Below, piece by piece: positions 48,437 to 63,737 of a stretch of DNA of 64,000 nt. Below the pieces are notes generated by a model that was not told the origin of the DNA, ran no database searches, and saw only the letters and a list, made by a program, of their open reading frames with translations. Origin of the DNA: Octopus bimaculoides (taxonomy: Eukaryota); assembly GCF_001194135.2 (NCBI RefSeq), contig NC_068983.1, positions 66,893,828-66,957,827 of the forward strand, given 5' to 3'. The translations under genes and the position numbers were made by a program. The number at the start of each line of letters is the position of its first letter. The stretch's first letter is position 1.

Positions 48437-50977
48437 GATGACACTTGCTAACTGGAAACATACCATTACTACACATTTAAATGTGCCTGTGCCAGAGGAA
48501 GGCCAAGGAAAGTATAAATGTGTAATCAGACATTTGGATGACAGACCTTACAAGCTGGACAAGTGAATGCCAATAATATAATGTACCAATTTAATTGACT
48601 AACCCTTCCTCATTAATCTATGGTTTTGTGCCTGTACTAAAATTATTTTTATTATCATATAGCACCACCATAACTACCAATCCCTTTTTACCTACAGGTT
48701 TTAAATTCATAAGTTTCATAACACATGTTGTCTCCAAGACAGTATTAACATTGTTAGTTCACTGGAATTTTCTATTTATAGAATTTTAATGTTTTGTTGT
48801 TTTTTATAAAAATATAATCTCAATAAAATATTAATAGCTATCTTGAACTAATTGTACTTTTTCTGCTTTGGAATATAAGAAGTTTTCTAACCAGCTGACT
48901 TAGTTCAGCTGTAGTTACTTTAGGTGTAATGATGCAAAAACTCTTGCCACATTTACTTTACTTAAAGTAGAATCCTTTCAATAAGAAAAAAATTTAAATC
49001 TATCTTCAGTTTCATTTGATTGTTTTTCTTGCTGCCATAGTTGTCAATTTATCATATATTGCAATTGAGACTATAGCATGTAATTACACCAAAAAGTAAG
49101 AAACCTGGAAAATTTGGTGTTTGGGGTTGGGACTAACAATGATGGTAAAGCAATGCAATGACTAGTAAAGGGACATTAAGTTATTGCAATTCAGTGGGGG
49201 TGGGTGAGGTGAATCTAAGGAAAAATGAAGAATATTAGAAAATGTGATAAGGGTGTGAATGAGGTTAGAATATGAAAGTGTGTATGTTATGGCACATTAG
49301 CAGAGAATGGATTTAGAAGAAATAGTGGAAAAGAAAAAAGTGGAAAATATGCTTAGAAAGAATGAGTGGAAAAAATGCTCACAAGCTAAGCAAACTGATA
49401 TTCCAGAATTTAGTTAACCAATTTTATAGGAATATTTATTTTATTTTCAGTCAACTTAGCTTGTTACTTCTATTATAATTTTTGCTATCACAGTTGTCAC
49501 CAAGTTGATTTTTCAGAGTTTTCAGTCTTGATTTACTGCTTGATTAGATTAATGTTTGTCAGAAAGGTGTCTTTTTTTCACATGGAGCTGTTGCATAATT
49601 GTTAATTTCCTGCCGCAGGTGGTATATTCCTGCTATAGCACTCTGTTACTGCAACTTGTGCACTGTAGTAGAATAAAATACTCTCATTACTTCTGGTCCT
49701 TCCTTTCTCAGATATCTTTCCATACGTTTATGAATATCTTTTAACATAGAAATACTGTCAATCATTCCATACTTGAGCAGATTCCAAACTACAAGTTTAT
49801 CTCTTTACACCTATCAGCAATATATGCATGTAGCTACATAAACGCTATACAAATAATGATGTATTCTTTCAAGCATATAGATTTCTTAAAATACATTGCT
49901 TATTATGGGACAGTTTCATCTCGTTCTGAAGATAACATTGTTTCTTGCTTTACAAAATAAATATATAGCTATTGTTTATCTATCTAATGGAAAATGCTGC
50001 TAATAACCCATTAATCTACACTGTATTTTAGAAGATTAAAAGAGTTAAGTATAGTTGATATTTGAATGGCTGACTTTCAATAGGTGAGGAAAATATATAC
50101 TTTGGAAATCCAATTTTCAAATAGAATATTCCTTTCTTGTACAATATTAATTTACATGTGGTTATTTAATATTGTTGCATTAAAAAATATCAAATATTTT
50201 CTATGGATTCTTTTCTATTCTGTTGTATATTTTACGACCAACAGGGGTACCTGGCTTTTGAATCAGGATAACACCCCATGGTAATTTACTGATTTTGACA
50301 CACATTACAAATTAAATGACTAATAAAATATGATCTCTATTTTTACTAATATAGGAATTTCTTGAAAAATTCTTTGGTCTCTTGTTCAACCTTAAGCCTC
50401 AAGGCAAACAATATTCTTGTTTATGCCCTGTCATGCTATGATGATGAAACCTTTGGGTTTTTGTTTTGTAGTTCGTGAATACAAAGCAGACATATTTACA
50501 GACAATTTGCACATGCATGTGCACACACATACACACACGCATGCACGTGCACACACACACACATGCACACACACACACTCACATACACATTGATGTTTGA
50601 ATGGTTGACTTTTAAAAGGTGAAGGAAATATATTCTTTGGAAATACAACTTCGAAATAGAATATTCCTTTCTTGTTCAATATTAATTTACATGTGGTTAT
50701 TTGATATTGTTGCATTAAAAAATATCAAATATTTTTTCTGCTTTCTTTTCTATTCCATTGTATATTTTACGACTAGCAGAGGCTATATTATATTTTTCCC
50801 AGTTTATAAGATGTTTAGGTGCTTTCAATCATGGCTGAAGGAGAGAATTATTAAGAAAGAAAGAAGAAGAGTGATTACATCAGACATATATTTAGAATAG
50901 TTCACAAAATGAATTTGAGTGAAAATACATGTTGAACAATTCTCATATAATAAATAATAATAATAATAATAATAATA

Positions 50978-51191
50978 ATGGCTTCAAATTTTGGCACAAG
51001 GTCAGCAATTTTGAGGGGATGGAGGCAAGTCAATTACATTAACTCCAGTACTTGACTGATACTTTTTTTTATCAAGATGTAAGGCGAAGTTGATCCTGGT
51101 GCAATTTGAATTCAGAATGTAAGGAACAGGAAGAAATGCTGCTAAGCATATTTTTGAATATGTTGATGGTTCTGTCTGCTCACCACCTAAA
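50978..51191 (-). mobile_element. tRNA-type SINE (family A) with (TAA)n adjacent
   Basis: TTCAAATTTTGGCACAAGG..AATTTGAATTCAGAA..CTGCTCACCACCT. Confidence 0.8.
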
Positions 51192-51622
51192 GCTAAAGAT
51201 GATAACAGCTACAAGCAGAAAACCTGAAATTTGGGAGCAAGGGGATAATCAATTACATTAATTCCAGTGCTCAACTGGTACTTATTCGTACTTATTGGTG
51301 TTTAAGTGTGCTTCATTTCAGTGGAAAAGGATAAAAGAATGGGACAAAAATTAACAATAAGCCAAGTAAAGAAAAACAGCAATTATAACCAAATGTATAT
51401 GTACAATACACAGGATAAAACTGAAGATAGAAAAGTGAGCCATGAACAAGCCATAATGAGGAAAGGATGCATAGGCACTTCAAGAGTAGTGTTGGTGAAT
51501 TTTAGAAGGTATGGAAGGATACAGTATCCTGACAGTATTCTGAGCCTAAACAAGTGTTTTCAAAAGTCAAGTGTATTGCACTATTTTTTTGATTTTATGT
51601 GTGTCCATAGGTGGTAGAGATA

Positions 51623-51839
51623 TTGGTTTCAAACTGTGGCACAAGGCCAGCAAGTTTAGAGGGAGGGCTAAGAGGGTTACATGAATCCCATTACTTAACT
51701 GTTACCTATTTTACCAACCCCAAAAGAATGAAAGGCAAAGTTGATCTCAGCAGAATTTGAACTGAGAATATAGAGACAGATGAAATGTCATTAAGCATTT
51801 CGCCCAGCATGCTAATGATTCTATCTGCTCACCACCTTA
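51623..51839 (-). mobile_element. tRNA-type SINE (family A)
   Basis: GGTTTCAAACTGTGGCACAAGGCC..GAATGAAAGGCAAAGTTGA..GAATTTGAACT..CTGCTCACCACCTTA. Confidence 0.85.
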
Positions 51840-52242
51840 TAGGTGTTTTACATATTGAATTTTAAAAAAAGATGACTTAAGTCATGGTGGATAAGAAATT
51901 ATTAAAATTCATATTTGTAAGTATGTAGTTTAAGATTCATTGAGATATGGTTTGTGAGATATTTTTGTTATGTTATCTTAAATGTTAACTTTGGGGTTGT
52001 TATCTTAAATGAGTTTACTGATGGCCAGGGAACTCAGTACTAAAAGTAGTGTCATATTGTGGAATCAAATTTTGCCTAACATATTATTCAACCAATTGAA
52101 TGAACCATTAGGTAAAATCAAAAGTTCAAATCACAACTAATGTTATTTTAGTGAATTTTATTACATATATTTTTGTATGTGGTAAATAAACAATCAGAAT
52201 ATTTTATAATGTTAATATGCCATGCAACTAACACTATCTAGT

Positions 52243-52810
52243 CATCATCATCATCATCGTCATCATCATCATCATCATCGTCATCATCATCATCATCATC
52301 GTCGTCGTCGTTTAACGTCCGCTTTCCATGCTAGCATGGGTTGGACGATTTGACTGAGGACTGGTGAACCAGACGGCTACACCAGGCTCCAATCTGATTT
52401 GGCAGAGTTTCTACAGCTGGATGCCCTTCCTAACGCCAACCACTCTGAGAGTGTAGTGGGTGCTTTTACATGCCATCAGCACGAAGGCCAACAGGCAATA
52501 TTGGCAACAGCCACACTCAAAATGGTGTATTTTACTTGCCACCTGCACAGGAGCCAGTCCAGCAGCACTGGCACGATCTCACTCGAATGTCTTTACACGT
52601 GCCATTGGCACAAGTGCCAGGAAGGCGACGCTGGGCACAGGTGCCATCACGGTTTCGCTTTTGCTTGCCCCAACAGGTCTTCACAAGCCGAGTTTCGTGT
52701 CCTGCATAGGAGCCAGTCCAGCGGCACTGGCAACGATCTCACCCGGATGTCTTTACATGTGCCACCGTCACAAGTGCCACGAAGGCAACGCTGGGCACAG
52801 GTGCAATGGT
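52243..52810 (-). mobile_element. Young RTE 3' UTR/terminus with (CAT)n tail and 159-bp internal tandem duplication
   Basis: (CAT)n then GTTTAACGTCCGCTTTCCATGCTAGCATGGGTTGGACG; CpG retained; GGAGCCAGTCCAGC repeated at 52550 and 52709. Confidence 0.85.
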
Positions 52811-54117
52811 AGATAATAAACAAATAAATATTTAAAATATACTCTTATTATATTAGATAGCTACTACATATGTAAAATAGTGACTCACATATGCAAAATA
52901 TAACACACATCAACTTAAGCTTAATTTCTGATTTCACTAAATTTTAAGTGGGATTCAATATGTAATACTTTAATTGTATCATAAGACAGATTTGAATGTT
53001 TTTTGTCTCACTTGTTATATAGCATTAATGCAAATAAATACATTTAATTGAATTTTCTGAATAAGTCTGATTTAAAGCCCAAGGAAAGGAAAAGTTCAAG
53101 AACATCAACCAAAAATTTCTAATTTCCAATAATTTAACTTTATTGACTGTAGTCTACAATGGTAATGCAAATGTAACATAAAACTAAAATTGTTGAGGAT
53201 AAATTTGTTGATTACTTTTAGTTCCTCAGTAAAATGAAGAATGTAAAATTTTATGGGTACATGTAATAGTGAGATTAATGTAAAAAGAATGAGAATTGAT
53301 TTCAAGAACTTAAGAAGAGCAGCTTTACAATCTTCTGATTTAGTACAAACTTGTTTCAACAGTTTTCTCTCCCCATCTTTCATTTCAGTTAATACATTTA
53401 TATGCCATTCATTCACTGTTACCCAAATATTTTTAATATGCATCCTTGAATGTGACAACTGAACATTTGCGATTCAATCTGAAAACAAAAGTATTTTAAT
53501 CAAAGGAAGATCATATATAGTCACACAAGAATGAACACAAATATCTTTCTGTGAATTACTTGTATATAATTAAATGTGGGAATGATGATTCTGGTGTATA
53601 TATTGATAGAAATTCTTATGTCATTCAGGTAGGTGTCCAGAGGATTAATATGGTTATTAAAAATTTTCTGGAACAGTGTTACTATATAATCTGAATCAAT
53701 ATGTGCTTACAATAAGATTAATATCAGTGCTGCAATATATCTGCATAGTTTAGTAACTCAGTAGCTTACTACATTAATTGCTAACTAATACTGGAAATGG
53801 TGCAAAAGTATTGTTTTTAGTATTGGAATATCATCCCTGTCTGTAACTTAAAGATAACATTACTTTGTCTTTTACAAAATTATGCTTAGATTTCCTACTT
53901 TACTTTTTCCTTTTCTTTTCGTTTCTTCCTCTGGCAACCACATGTATATGTGTACACACATATATGTATATATGTGTATATGTACATATGTATGTGTAGA
54001 TATGTGTATACATGTATGCTCTGTATATGTATATGCATATGTATATGCATATTCATATACATATATATGTATGTGCACACCTATGTGTGTATTCATATAC
54101 TTATATGCATGTGTATA

Positions 54118-54212
54118 CAGTAACCCCTCGATTATTGCGGGTGCTACATTTCACCCCCACCCCACCCCACCCGCAATAGGTTAAAATCTATGAAGTAGAA
54201 ACAGTACTGTAC
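54118..54212 (+). mobile_element. pogo/Tigger-like TIR end (MITE), truncated by gap
   Basis: TA|CAGTAACCCCTCGATTATTGCGGG start typical of Tigger TIRs; internal GCGGG/CCCGC hairpin. Confidence 0.6.
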
Positions 54213-57200
54213 NNNNNNNNNNNNNNNNNNNNNNNNNNNNNNNNNNNNNNNNNNNNNNNNNNNNNNNNNNNNNNNNNNNNNNNNNNNNNNNNNNNNNNNN
54301 NNNNNNNNNNNNNNNNNNNNNNNNNNNNNNNNNNNNNNNNNNNNNNNNNNNNNNNNNNNNNNNNNNNNNNNNNNNNNNNNNNNNNNNNNNNNNNNNNNNN
54401 NNNNNNNNNNNNNNNNNNNNNNNNNNNNNNNNNNNNNNNNNNNNNNNNNNNNNNNNNNNNNNNNNNNNNNNNNNNNNNNNNNNNNNNNNNNNNNNNNNNN
54501 NNNNNNNNNNNNNNNNNNNNNNNNATATATATATATATATATACATGTGTGTGTTTATTTTGCACATGCATATATTGTCATAGATTTATATGTTTGTATG
54601 TATATGTATCTATGTACCATGTACTCATTATTGAATTTTTCAAACTTAGAGCTTCAATCCATGGTTTTTAAATTCATAAATTCACAAAAACCAACTTACA
54701 CCTCTATTAATTATTAATTAATCCATTCTGGACATGCATGACTACCATCTTCACTCAAGGTTTTTTTTAATATTATATAGTATAATATATTTATATTTTA
54801 CTGTTCAGTTTATACACCCCCAACCCATACAGCCGTTAGTGAATAGAACATTGTTTATGTTTTGAAAATAAGTTAACTCATCGAACTCAAATGCTTATTT
54901 GTCAAATTGGATTATACCAAATCATATATTACATGCACCATCACAATTTTATTCCAGTCTTGATTGCAACTGTCCAACGAATGGAAATGTGAAACTCTAA
55001 CAGTTTTTGATGTTTTTGCAGCTTTAATAAAAAAAAAAAAGTACACACACACACATACTCTACATCATACATGCACATATATTGGTTTACTGAAACTGGA
55101 AATTAATCATGTGATCATAAAACTCTTTAGTCTCTTGCAAAAGTGTTTAAACTACAATTTGAATCTATTCTTATCTATGACTATAAGTTGATGTTCAGTG
55201 CCAGATCAGTCATTATCAAATAGACATATGATCAAAGGTCATCCGGCTGTGACCATCCCTTTTTCTTTTCCTCCTTGCAGGGAACCCAGAACCACATTTT
55301 CCAGTGTCTTTTTTTTTTTTTAAGATAGTTGGGTTGTGATTTAAAAGAAGATTCTTCTGTAATGTTAGTATTTTCTTTTTATGAATAAAGGATGTTTTCT
55401 GAAGTTTAATGCACTCTGAATGAAATTTGTTAATAAAATTCATTAGTGATTTAATGAAAGGACATCAAATGTTGGCCCTCATCAAATATTAATGGAAAAA
55501 GCTCAAAATTCTTTAAGTATTGTTTTTGTTACTATAATACATTCAATACATTTTTCCTGTTGTTTTTGGTGGAAGTCAAAGAAAGCTAACACCTTAGTTT
55601 TTCCATAATAGCATTCAAAACAGTTCAATTTTAGCTGAATATAATTAAACATAATCCTCTGATAAATCTGAAATCATGCAATGATGGGAGCACTTAAGAA
55701 AACTAGTGAATCAAATGAGCCAGTGAGTGAATTTTCGGAAGTTATTTGACCTGCTAGAAATATCAGACAAATCTCCCTCAAATTACATCCTACTAAAGAA
55801 AGTACACACTATGTCAAAAAATATAGCTGAGCTGATCATGATTGGAATTCTTTTGATCATAGATTACTGCATTCAGAGATAACCTGGGATTACATACTTA
55901 ATATTACTAAATCAGGCTCCTACCATAAACAACTAACATTGATGAATATCAGCAAAGAATAATGAGTAGTGAGTCTGATAGATAAAATAGTAAGATAAAC
56001 TAAGAAGTTTTAATATTATAATAAGTTTAATACCTTATTATAATGAGTTTAATCCCTTTCTGAATTGGAAGAATCCTTAGAATGTTGGACAAAATGCATT
56101 AGGTTAGTTAGTTACAACAATTTATGTTATGTCTTCGAATATCTCCAAAATCATCTCCTTCCATAATCAATAAAATGAAACATTAGTGAAGTACTGAAAT
56201 TGATATAATTGTCTATGCTCATTACCCAAATCTGCAGCCTTCTCTCTTGCATATTAATAGTATAACAGAAACAATTTCAAATGTATGTTTCATGGAACTT
56301 ATCACTTCACCATGACACTTTCCTTTTACAAAGATAATTTAATTAATTATTTTCTTTCTTTTTCTTTTTCTTTTAGCTCAAATATATTCTCACTGAAATA
56401 TAATTTACTTGGGTCAACTACTGTATGATGCCATCATCTTTTCTCTAGCATATCAAAATGTCAGCACCTTCCTCTTAACATGTTTTTTTTTTTTACCTTC
56501 AGAGACAAAATCTGTTTCAATTATAGGACTGAATTTTGTATGAAAATAGGTTAGATAATTATATACTATATAACAAGGATTTCTATGGTCAGCTTGATAT
56601 GTTAAAAACAAGACGAATGTATCAGCTCAACTTTGCATGTCTTGGAGACTAATATAAGACTCATCTCAGTCAAGATACTAATGCAGCGATCATTTTGGTA
56701 TGCTGATCAAAATGCATAATAAAGTATAATTTGATATATTATAGAGAATTTCTTATTTAGTGATCTTAGTAGAACTGGGGATATGTTTAGTATTGATGTT
56801 ACCAGAGTTGTTTAATGCTTCAAAACTGTGTTATGCGACAAGTGTGTAATGGTTGACATTCTGTGTATCCAAAATACTGCATAGGTAGAATAATTGTCAA
56901 AAGCTGATGTAAAATTAACAGTTATGTGAGTTTTAGAGATACTATGTTAAAGTAGAGCAAAAATTGGAATAACAGGCAATGAAAATGAATTAATTAAAAG
57001 AAAAAACTTAAAATGATTTTACTAATGATATGAATAAGCATTGAAAGTATATTGAATGCAAGTACTAGTAGCTAGAATAGAGGTTTAATATGCCAATAAT
57101 TAGGACTGCTGAAATCACTAGATGTAATAGTTAAAAGTGCTATAAGAACAGTGCTCCAGGAAATAATTTTCCTTAGTGAAAGACAAATCTAAAGACTATT

Positions 57201-60200
57201 TTTACTAACTTTCCAAACATTAAACTTACTTGTACAAACCAGTGTTGTGATGTGATACTATTTCTTTTCATTTTCATTATTCTTGTGCATTTTTCTTCAG
57301 ATTTATTGCTTACCCATTTTCATGTAACTCTAGTAATAATATAGTTTAGTCAGTATAGATATTTTGAATTGAATGTTATAGGTACTATGCAAATATAATT
57401 ATTTTTGTCTGTTCTTCAAATCAATACGTAGATAACCTAAATATAAATTGCTGCTATTGAAATTAGTTAAATAAACCATAAACCAATCAATAAATTGTAC
57501 AAGTGCAGTTAACAAACAATTATGAAATCCTGGCATATGAAAATTGCTTTCAACTCTGTCAGGGATTTATCACTGTATGAAGAATTATGTTGCTTTGGAC
57601 AATGCAAATGAAGTTGGAAAAAGTTCTCATTTTCCATCTTGTTGCTTTCATATTATTTTTTCTCCAAGATTGTTTTAGATTTCTTTTTAACTATTATTAA
57701 ATGGTTTATTTTCCTCAAAGTGATTTTTTCCACCTAATTGCATTAACATAACATTCTATGTTTTATCTAAATCAATAAAATGATATAAACTCCTTTAATG
57801 ATAGCTAACACATCTTATGCACCCCCACCCCACGAAAAATGAGAAGAAGAAGAGAGAATATCATTTACAATAAATAGAAAAGATGCCACATTATCTGTTC
57901 CAAGCCCCTTTTAAATTTCAACCAGCTTTAGTTTAATCAGCTATTGAATTTGCCCCAAGTCAGTGTACTATACATGATATTTGTCAATATCATGTTCAGT
58001 GCATATATGCATCTGCACATAATATTCTGTTAGTCAACAAAAGACATACAATGTTTATGCACATTTTGACATATGTCCTAGGTCATCATCAATAACGATG
58101 GATGAACTAATAATAAAAAAATTAATACAATGAGATATATGCATAAACATCTATATGAATAAATACTTTTTATTTCTTTATATTTCCTTAATTGAGTTTT
58201 AAATGTTGCTAGGTTAGGTTATGAGACAAGTACAGTTGGTACTTACAGACTCTTTAAAAGAGTTCACCTTCTATGGTATAAAGTTTAGTTTCTTATGGAA
58301 GTGAAACATACACTCAACTAGATTAACATTTTATTTCATGTATTTATGGAATAATGGACAGTAGAGTTTATTTATTAATCACACTCAGAGAATAAGTAGT
58401 AAATTATGTATTCTTTTTGATCTTTGCAAAGTAAGCTAACTGCCTAGTAAATGATAGAAGTGAGAAGAAAGAGGATGGGGGATAACTTTTTATTTTTGAA
58501 TGCCAAATTATTTAAGAAATTATTGAAATAAAGCTCAAATAAAATAATACCATCAGTGTTCAGAAGCTTTTTAATATAGATTTTTATTTTTTGTTCATTT
58601 TAATTTTGATCCTACCAGAATATTCTACAAGGTTGTATAATAAGTTATTTTCAGCAATCAGTACTGTCTCAAATTAAGTAAAATAGCATCTGATATCAGA
58701 CGAATCTATAATTATTAGAAATTTTATCTTCTCAAGTTGAATTCTATTAGTTAATTATTTTTATTAATCAAGAACTTTGTGTAATTTTTTCTTTTACTCA
58801 TTATCATTCCCATCTTCCCTGTTCATGCTGTGAACCTTCACATTAATTGAATGTAATTATGTAACAAAATGAATAGCTGTTTTGATTGGGTTGGTAAACG
58901 TCTTATATTCAAACTTAAAATAAAAAAATATCCTCTCCTACTTTTCTTATCTTTTAAATAGAACTTTAGAAACCTAATACAATTTTAAAATCTTGTGTTG
59001 ATAAATTTTCTATGAGGTTGTATTTTCAAGCAGTGAGTGAATGATTTACAAATAGCTGATAAAACTGGTAAACAATACTATACCAGTTAATCTACTTTTC
59101 TAATAAAATATCACATTTACAATCTCTGAAGGGAAATAAGTGGTTTGTCCTTGTGTCAATTTCACTTAATTCACTTCCATTTATAAATTCAGATAAACCT
59201 AATACTGTCATCTTTTTTTATTATTCTATTAAAGATTTTAATTCAGTAAAGTGTCTCCAAAATTATAAATTTAAACAAATGGAATGCTTTTAAATAGATA
59301 TTTGGCATACTAATCTAATATATAAATATTCCCACAAATATACCACTAATCTTTAAGTAAGATGAAAGGTATTCTTATTAGCTACAACAGAGATAGACAT
59401 GGTTAACTTAACCACTGCATCATAGTATTGTTTCTTTAAAATTTACTAAAAGTTGTGGGTAATCCAGCCTGGTGTTCAGATTGATACATAGCTTCTTAGA
59501 TTGTGTTTATTATTTGTTAGCTAAAATGAAAACATCTGAGTGGCAATACTAACGATATAGACTACAGTAGTTATTATAAATTATATAATTATGATTATAA
59601 ATTTGTAGTCTTTCCCACAAAGTGCTCTGTTATTTGTCCATAACCACTAAGTCACTGTGTGCTAATGGAGACATTATTTACAAGTTGAGAAAATAAACTA
59701 ATTAATGTCATGTGTTCCATTATTCTTTATGTGCATTTCTTTACTCTTTAGAAAATTGAAATTCTTGAGGAAATCAATTTTGCACTTCATTCTTTTTTTT
59801 TCAGGTAATAACTGGAGAATGTCTACAGATATTCTACAGGTTTTCAAATGGCTGTGCCAAAAACATTCTCCGCAATGTTGCTATTAGAATATTTTAGGAG
59901 TATTGCTTAAAGAGATTGGTTTCTTCATTTCTTCAATTGAAAATTTTGTTTCACAGGTCATATTAAAATTAAGATTTGTGCATATTTTCTTTTTTACTAA
60001 ATCCAATCACATCACAGTCTTTTTCTCTTTCAAATGTTCCTTGTGAGAAAATACATGTTATCGAGAAAATTTATAAAACAATTTCTAAAAATATAAAATT
60101 GATGAATAAAAACTTTACTGATTCAATTAAGTTAGGAAGGATTTTTCTTCTGTTTTTCAAGTTACATTTTTGTCAGGTGTTTGTTCTCAATGAAACTGCC

Positions 60201-63200
60201 TTAAGATTATAATTTTTGTCAAGGACTGTGTATCCATTTAGCTCCAGCCTTGCATATTTTACTGAAGTAAAGATATCTGATTTAATTAATTCTTCATTAA
60301 ATTTTAATTTCAAACTAATGGCCATAAATTATTTCTTCCTTCTTGAGTTTTAAAGAGTTTTTATTTTCTTTGCTATCCAATTCACTGGCATAAATGTTCA
60401 TAATTATATCAATAGTCATTTTAGAAATCAGAAAATTTATTCTTTAACCAAAAGCTTCATTTTATCTATTATATTATGTATATACAGTTTTATGCTATTC
60501 TATATCATAGATAATATATTATAATCAGTGCACATCATTTACATTTCAGTGTGTTTTATGTTGTCATATTGTAGCATACAGTATTATATATACTGCATAA
60601 GCATGTTATAAATTTGACATAAATTACCTAAGTATTACTGAAATTTAAGTATATGTAAAATTAACATATGCTATGAGTCATCTTCTTTGCTTTGACTTTC
60701 TCTTCCATTTGCATAAGGAATAGTCCTTACTTAACATTGGCCAATCTGCTTTTAATATTGGTCATATCCATAGCAAGGCCAGCAGCTTCAGTAAGTCTCC
60801 CATTGTAACTGGTTAGATCCTTACAAACTTTTTGGTATCTCTTTATTTTTTTAATAGTTTGGTCTAGAGGAAGGATTTGTGCTCATGGTTCTTGCATGCC
60901 CTCTAAAACAAATGTGATTAACATGGTTGATGTTCTTCTTGAAGGACATCAGCTATGTTAACCTCATCATTTGACAGCTGTATGAAAACTAAGCAGTGAA
61001 GAAATTCCAGATGGTTGATGATGGTTTGGAGAAGAAGACTGAGCAAAGTGGTTAGTGTGAATCTGGAGTGGGTTAAGAAAATGAATTACATGAGGAGGAG
61101 GGATAACTGAGTTTGGTGAACACAAATGAAGGTGGCATGAGGCCAGCCAGTTGCAAAAATGCAGAAAAAAGCAGCAAAAGGAAGCTCCATGTATGTCGAT
61201 GTGAGGCTGGAGTGTGTATGCATTAGCAAATGTTTATCTTGCAAAGGTCTTCCAATGCAATCTGTCTCTGTAGTCTTATTTTTGTAATTCAAGCGAGTGA
61301 CCCATAGATATATTTTGAAACAAACTGTGAAAAGCAATTAAAATTAGCCATTTAATAATCACATTAGATATATTAGTTTCAAATCATAGAATGTAAATAC
61401 AAATCTTAGCTGTATACCTCTTCAGTTTTCTGTATTGACTTCCTTAAAGCAAATTACTAATACACTTCTTGTTGGATTTAATATTAAGCACATGAAGTGA
61501 CTAGTGAAAGTGAAATTCACTGAATTTCATTCTTTTTTGTTTGTTAAGGTCTACAGAAAAAGATCATTGTAATGTTCACATGATTAAAACCAATAACTAT
61601 AAAAATACATAACTTTTATACCTTTTAATTATATTATATGCTCTCAATCAATGAGGAAATACCTACCTAGTCACTTAACTTGTTAGAAATAGCAACAAAA
61701 TCACACTTACTGCCTTAAACAAAAAGAAGGATACATTTAGCAATGTAATCCAAGGTGCACTATGCCTAAAAATAAAAGACTTGGCCCTATACAACACAAC
61801 TTATTATTTTAAGCTATTCGTAATGTCCTTTCAGAAATATGTATTTTGTTCCTGGGCCTCTCTGATATTAGCTTCCTCCAGATTTTTGAATTTTAGTTAC
61901 TTTTACAAATTCTTCACAGTAGCCAGTCATTTGCATATAAACAATTCTAAACATCATTAAACTTCATTGTTGAAACGTTGAGAATTGTATCTTGAGTCAG
62001 AATAGCAATGTTTCTTTTAACTTGTCTTCAAGCAACATATTAACTGTGTAGAATTTAACAGTAGTTAATTAGGAAAATAAAAGATATAATGAGTAATAAT
62101 GTATGATAACTGGGTAAAATTGGTATAGTTGTTATTTGTTATTCATTCAATAATAGCACATAGTGTTCGCATCATTCATATGTTAATATGAAGAAATAAA
62201 TGTGGTAGCATGATAAAAGACAACATTTACCTATGAGCTACATTGATATTAGTTTATGTCTTTAGTTGTTACATTTGTTGTTCTTTGCAAACTTTTCTTC
62301 ATAGATTACAGAAATACTGAAGGAAAAGAATCTTCTACTCTTTTTTTAGCTGTACTGAAAGTATTCATTTGTCATGTGAATTGATCATTAATTATTTCAA
62401 TTCTTCATTTCATGAGTTACATTTCTTATATTCTAAAAGAGAGCTCTGCTGCAATATAAACATCAATACAATTTATGCTTCCATCCTTCTGAAGTATCCA
62501 TTATTTTTTATGTCATTACATTATCTAATTCATTTTGGATTCTCAATGTTCTATATTGTTTCATGACTTCTGTTTGAAGAAATGCAGAAATCTATGAAAA
62601 ATGCCCTTAGGTGTTAGAATTATCCACATTATATATTACTGTATAACCTATGGTAAAAGTATTTAAAGCAATTCTTTGTTTCATCTAGGTTTCTTCAAAA
62701 CTGGTTAAAATTAACGAAATCTGAACTTTCTTCAGAAAGAAAATTCTAAGATTTCTACAGAAAAATTGTAATTAGGAAATCAATATTTTAAGTTATTTTT
62801 ATTCGAGTCTTTCCTTTTCATCTTTTATTAAATCATTGTTGTAAAAAATAAATAAATAAAATAAAGTTTTCCTCAAGTCATGCTGGTAATTTGAAAATGC
62901 ATTTGTCTAAAGCAAGAATTCAGAAATACAAATCTTTGATGATTCTTTTATTTAAAAATCTATAATGTCCATTAAGTGCTAGCTACTAACCATTTTGCTG
63001 AACAGAAGTTATCTTTAACTTTAAGAAAGTGCAACCTAGTTATAAATGTGATACAAATAGCCACACATACATTCAATTTGTCTGACTAAAATAATCTCTT
63101 CGGGTGAATTTAAATTACTTTTTAGATTTGTTCTTTCAACAATGATATTTTTAAAGAGATTTTGATTCCATTATAGTTTAAATTAGACTGATTCTCACCC

Positions 63201-63718
63201 ATTTTGGTCAATGATTATTTCAGTATGCTGCTAATAAAATAATTTGGAAGTACTATTTCTAAATATTTTGTTTGATGATATATTAGTCAGCTGATTATGC
63301 TGAGACTTATAAACAAAAAGGCATAATTAAGCAGTGCATTATTTGAATAGTGAAACAGTAGAGTCTAAAGAATATTCTACATTGACACTAGGTAATTTAG
63401 ATAATCCAAACTGAAATAAATTTCATTCTATGAGAAAGAAAGTGAATGATTCTGGCAAGCCTTCATGGACAAGAGATGAAATGTCATCTGGTATTGAAGT
63501 AAATATAAACTAAGACCAAAGAGATAATATCAGGGAATGCAATAGATTTACACACATGTGCACAGACACAAACACATCATTATCATCATCATCATCATCA
63601 CCAACAACAGCATCTTTTCTGCTTTTCATGTTGGTATGTATTGGCCAGGACAACCAGGTCTGATGCCCTCCTACATGAGACAGAGACATCATTTTACTGA
63701 TACATTCTATTTTAGCAT

Positions 63719-63737
63719 GGTTAGGGTTAGGGTTAGG
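63719..63737 (+). repeat. Short interstitial (TTAGGG)3-like tract
   Basis: GGTTAGGGTTAGGGTTAGG seen directly. Confidence 0.6.

Noticed and set aside
52399-52816. Three overlapping ORFs of 79-137 aa
   Set aside because: They arise from the GC-rich tandem duplication in the antisense RTE 3' UTR; no splice signals or domain motifs.
55262-55330. Strong polypyrimidine/CAG acceptor at 55279 as the next host exon
   Set aside because: The phase-1 frame hits a stop after about 15 codons through a poly-T run, and no donor site is seen.
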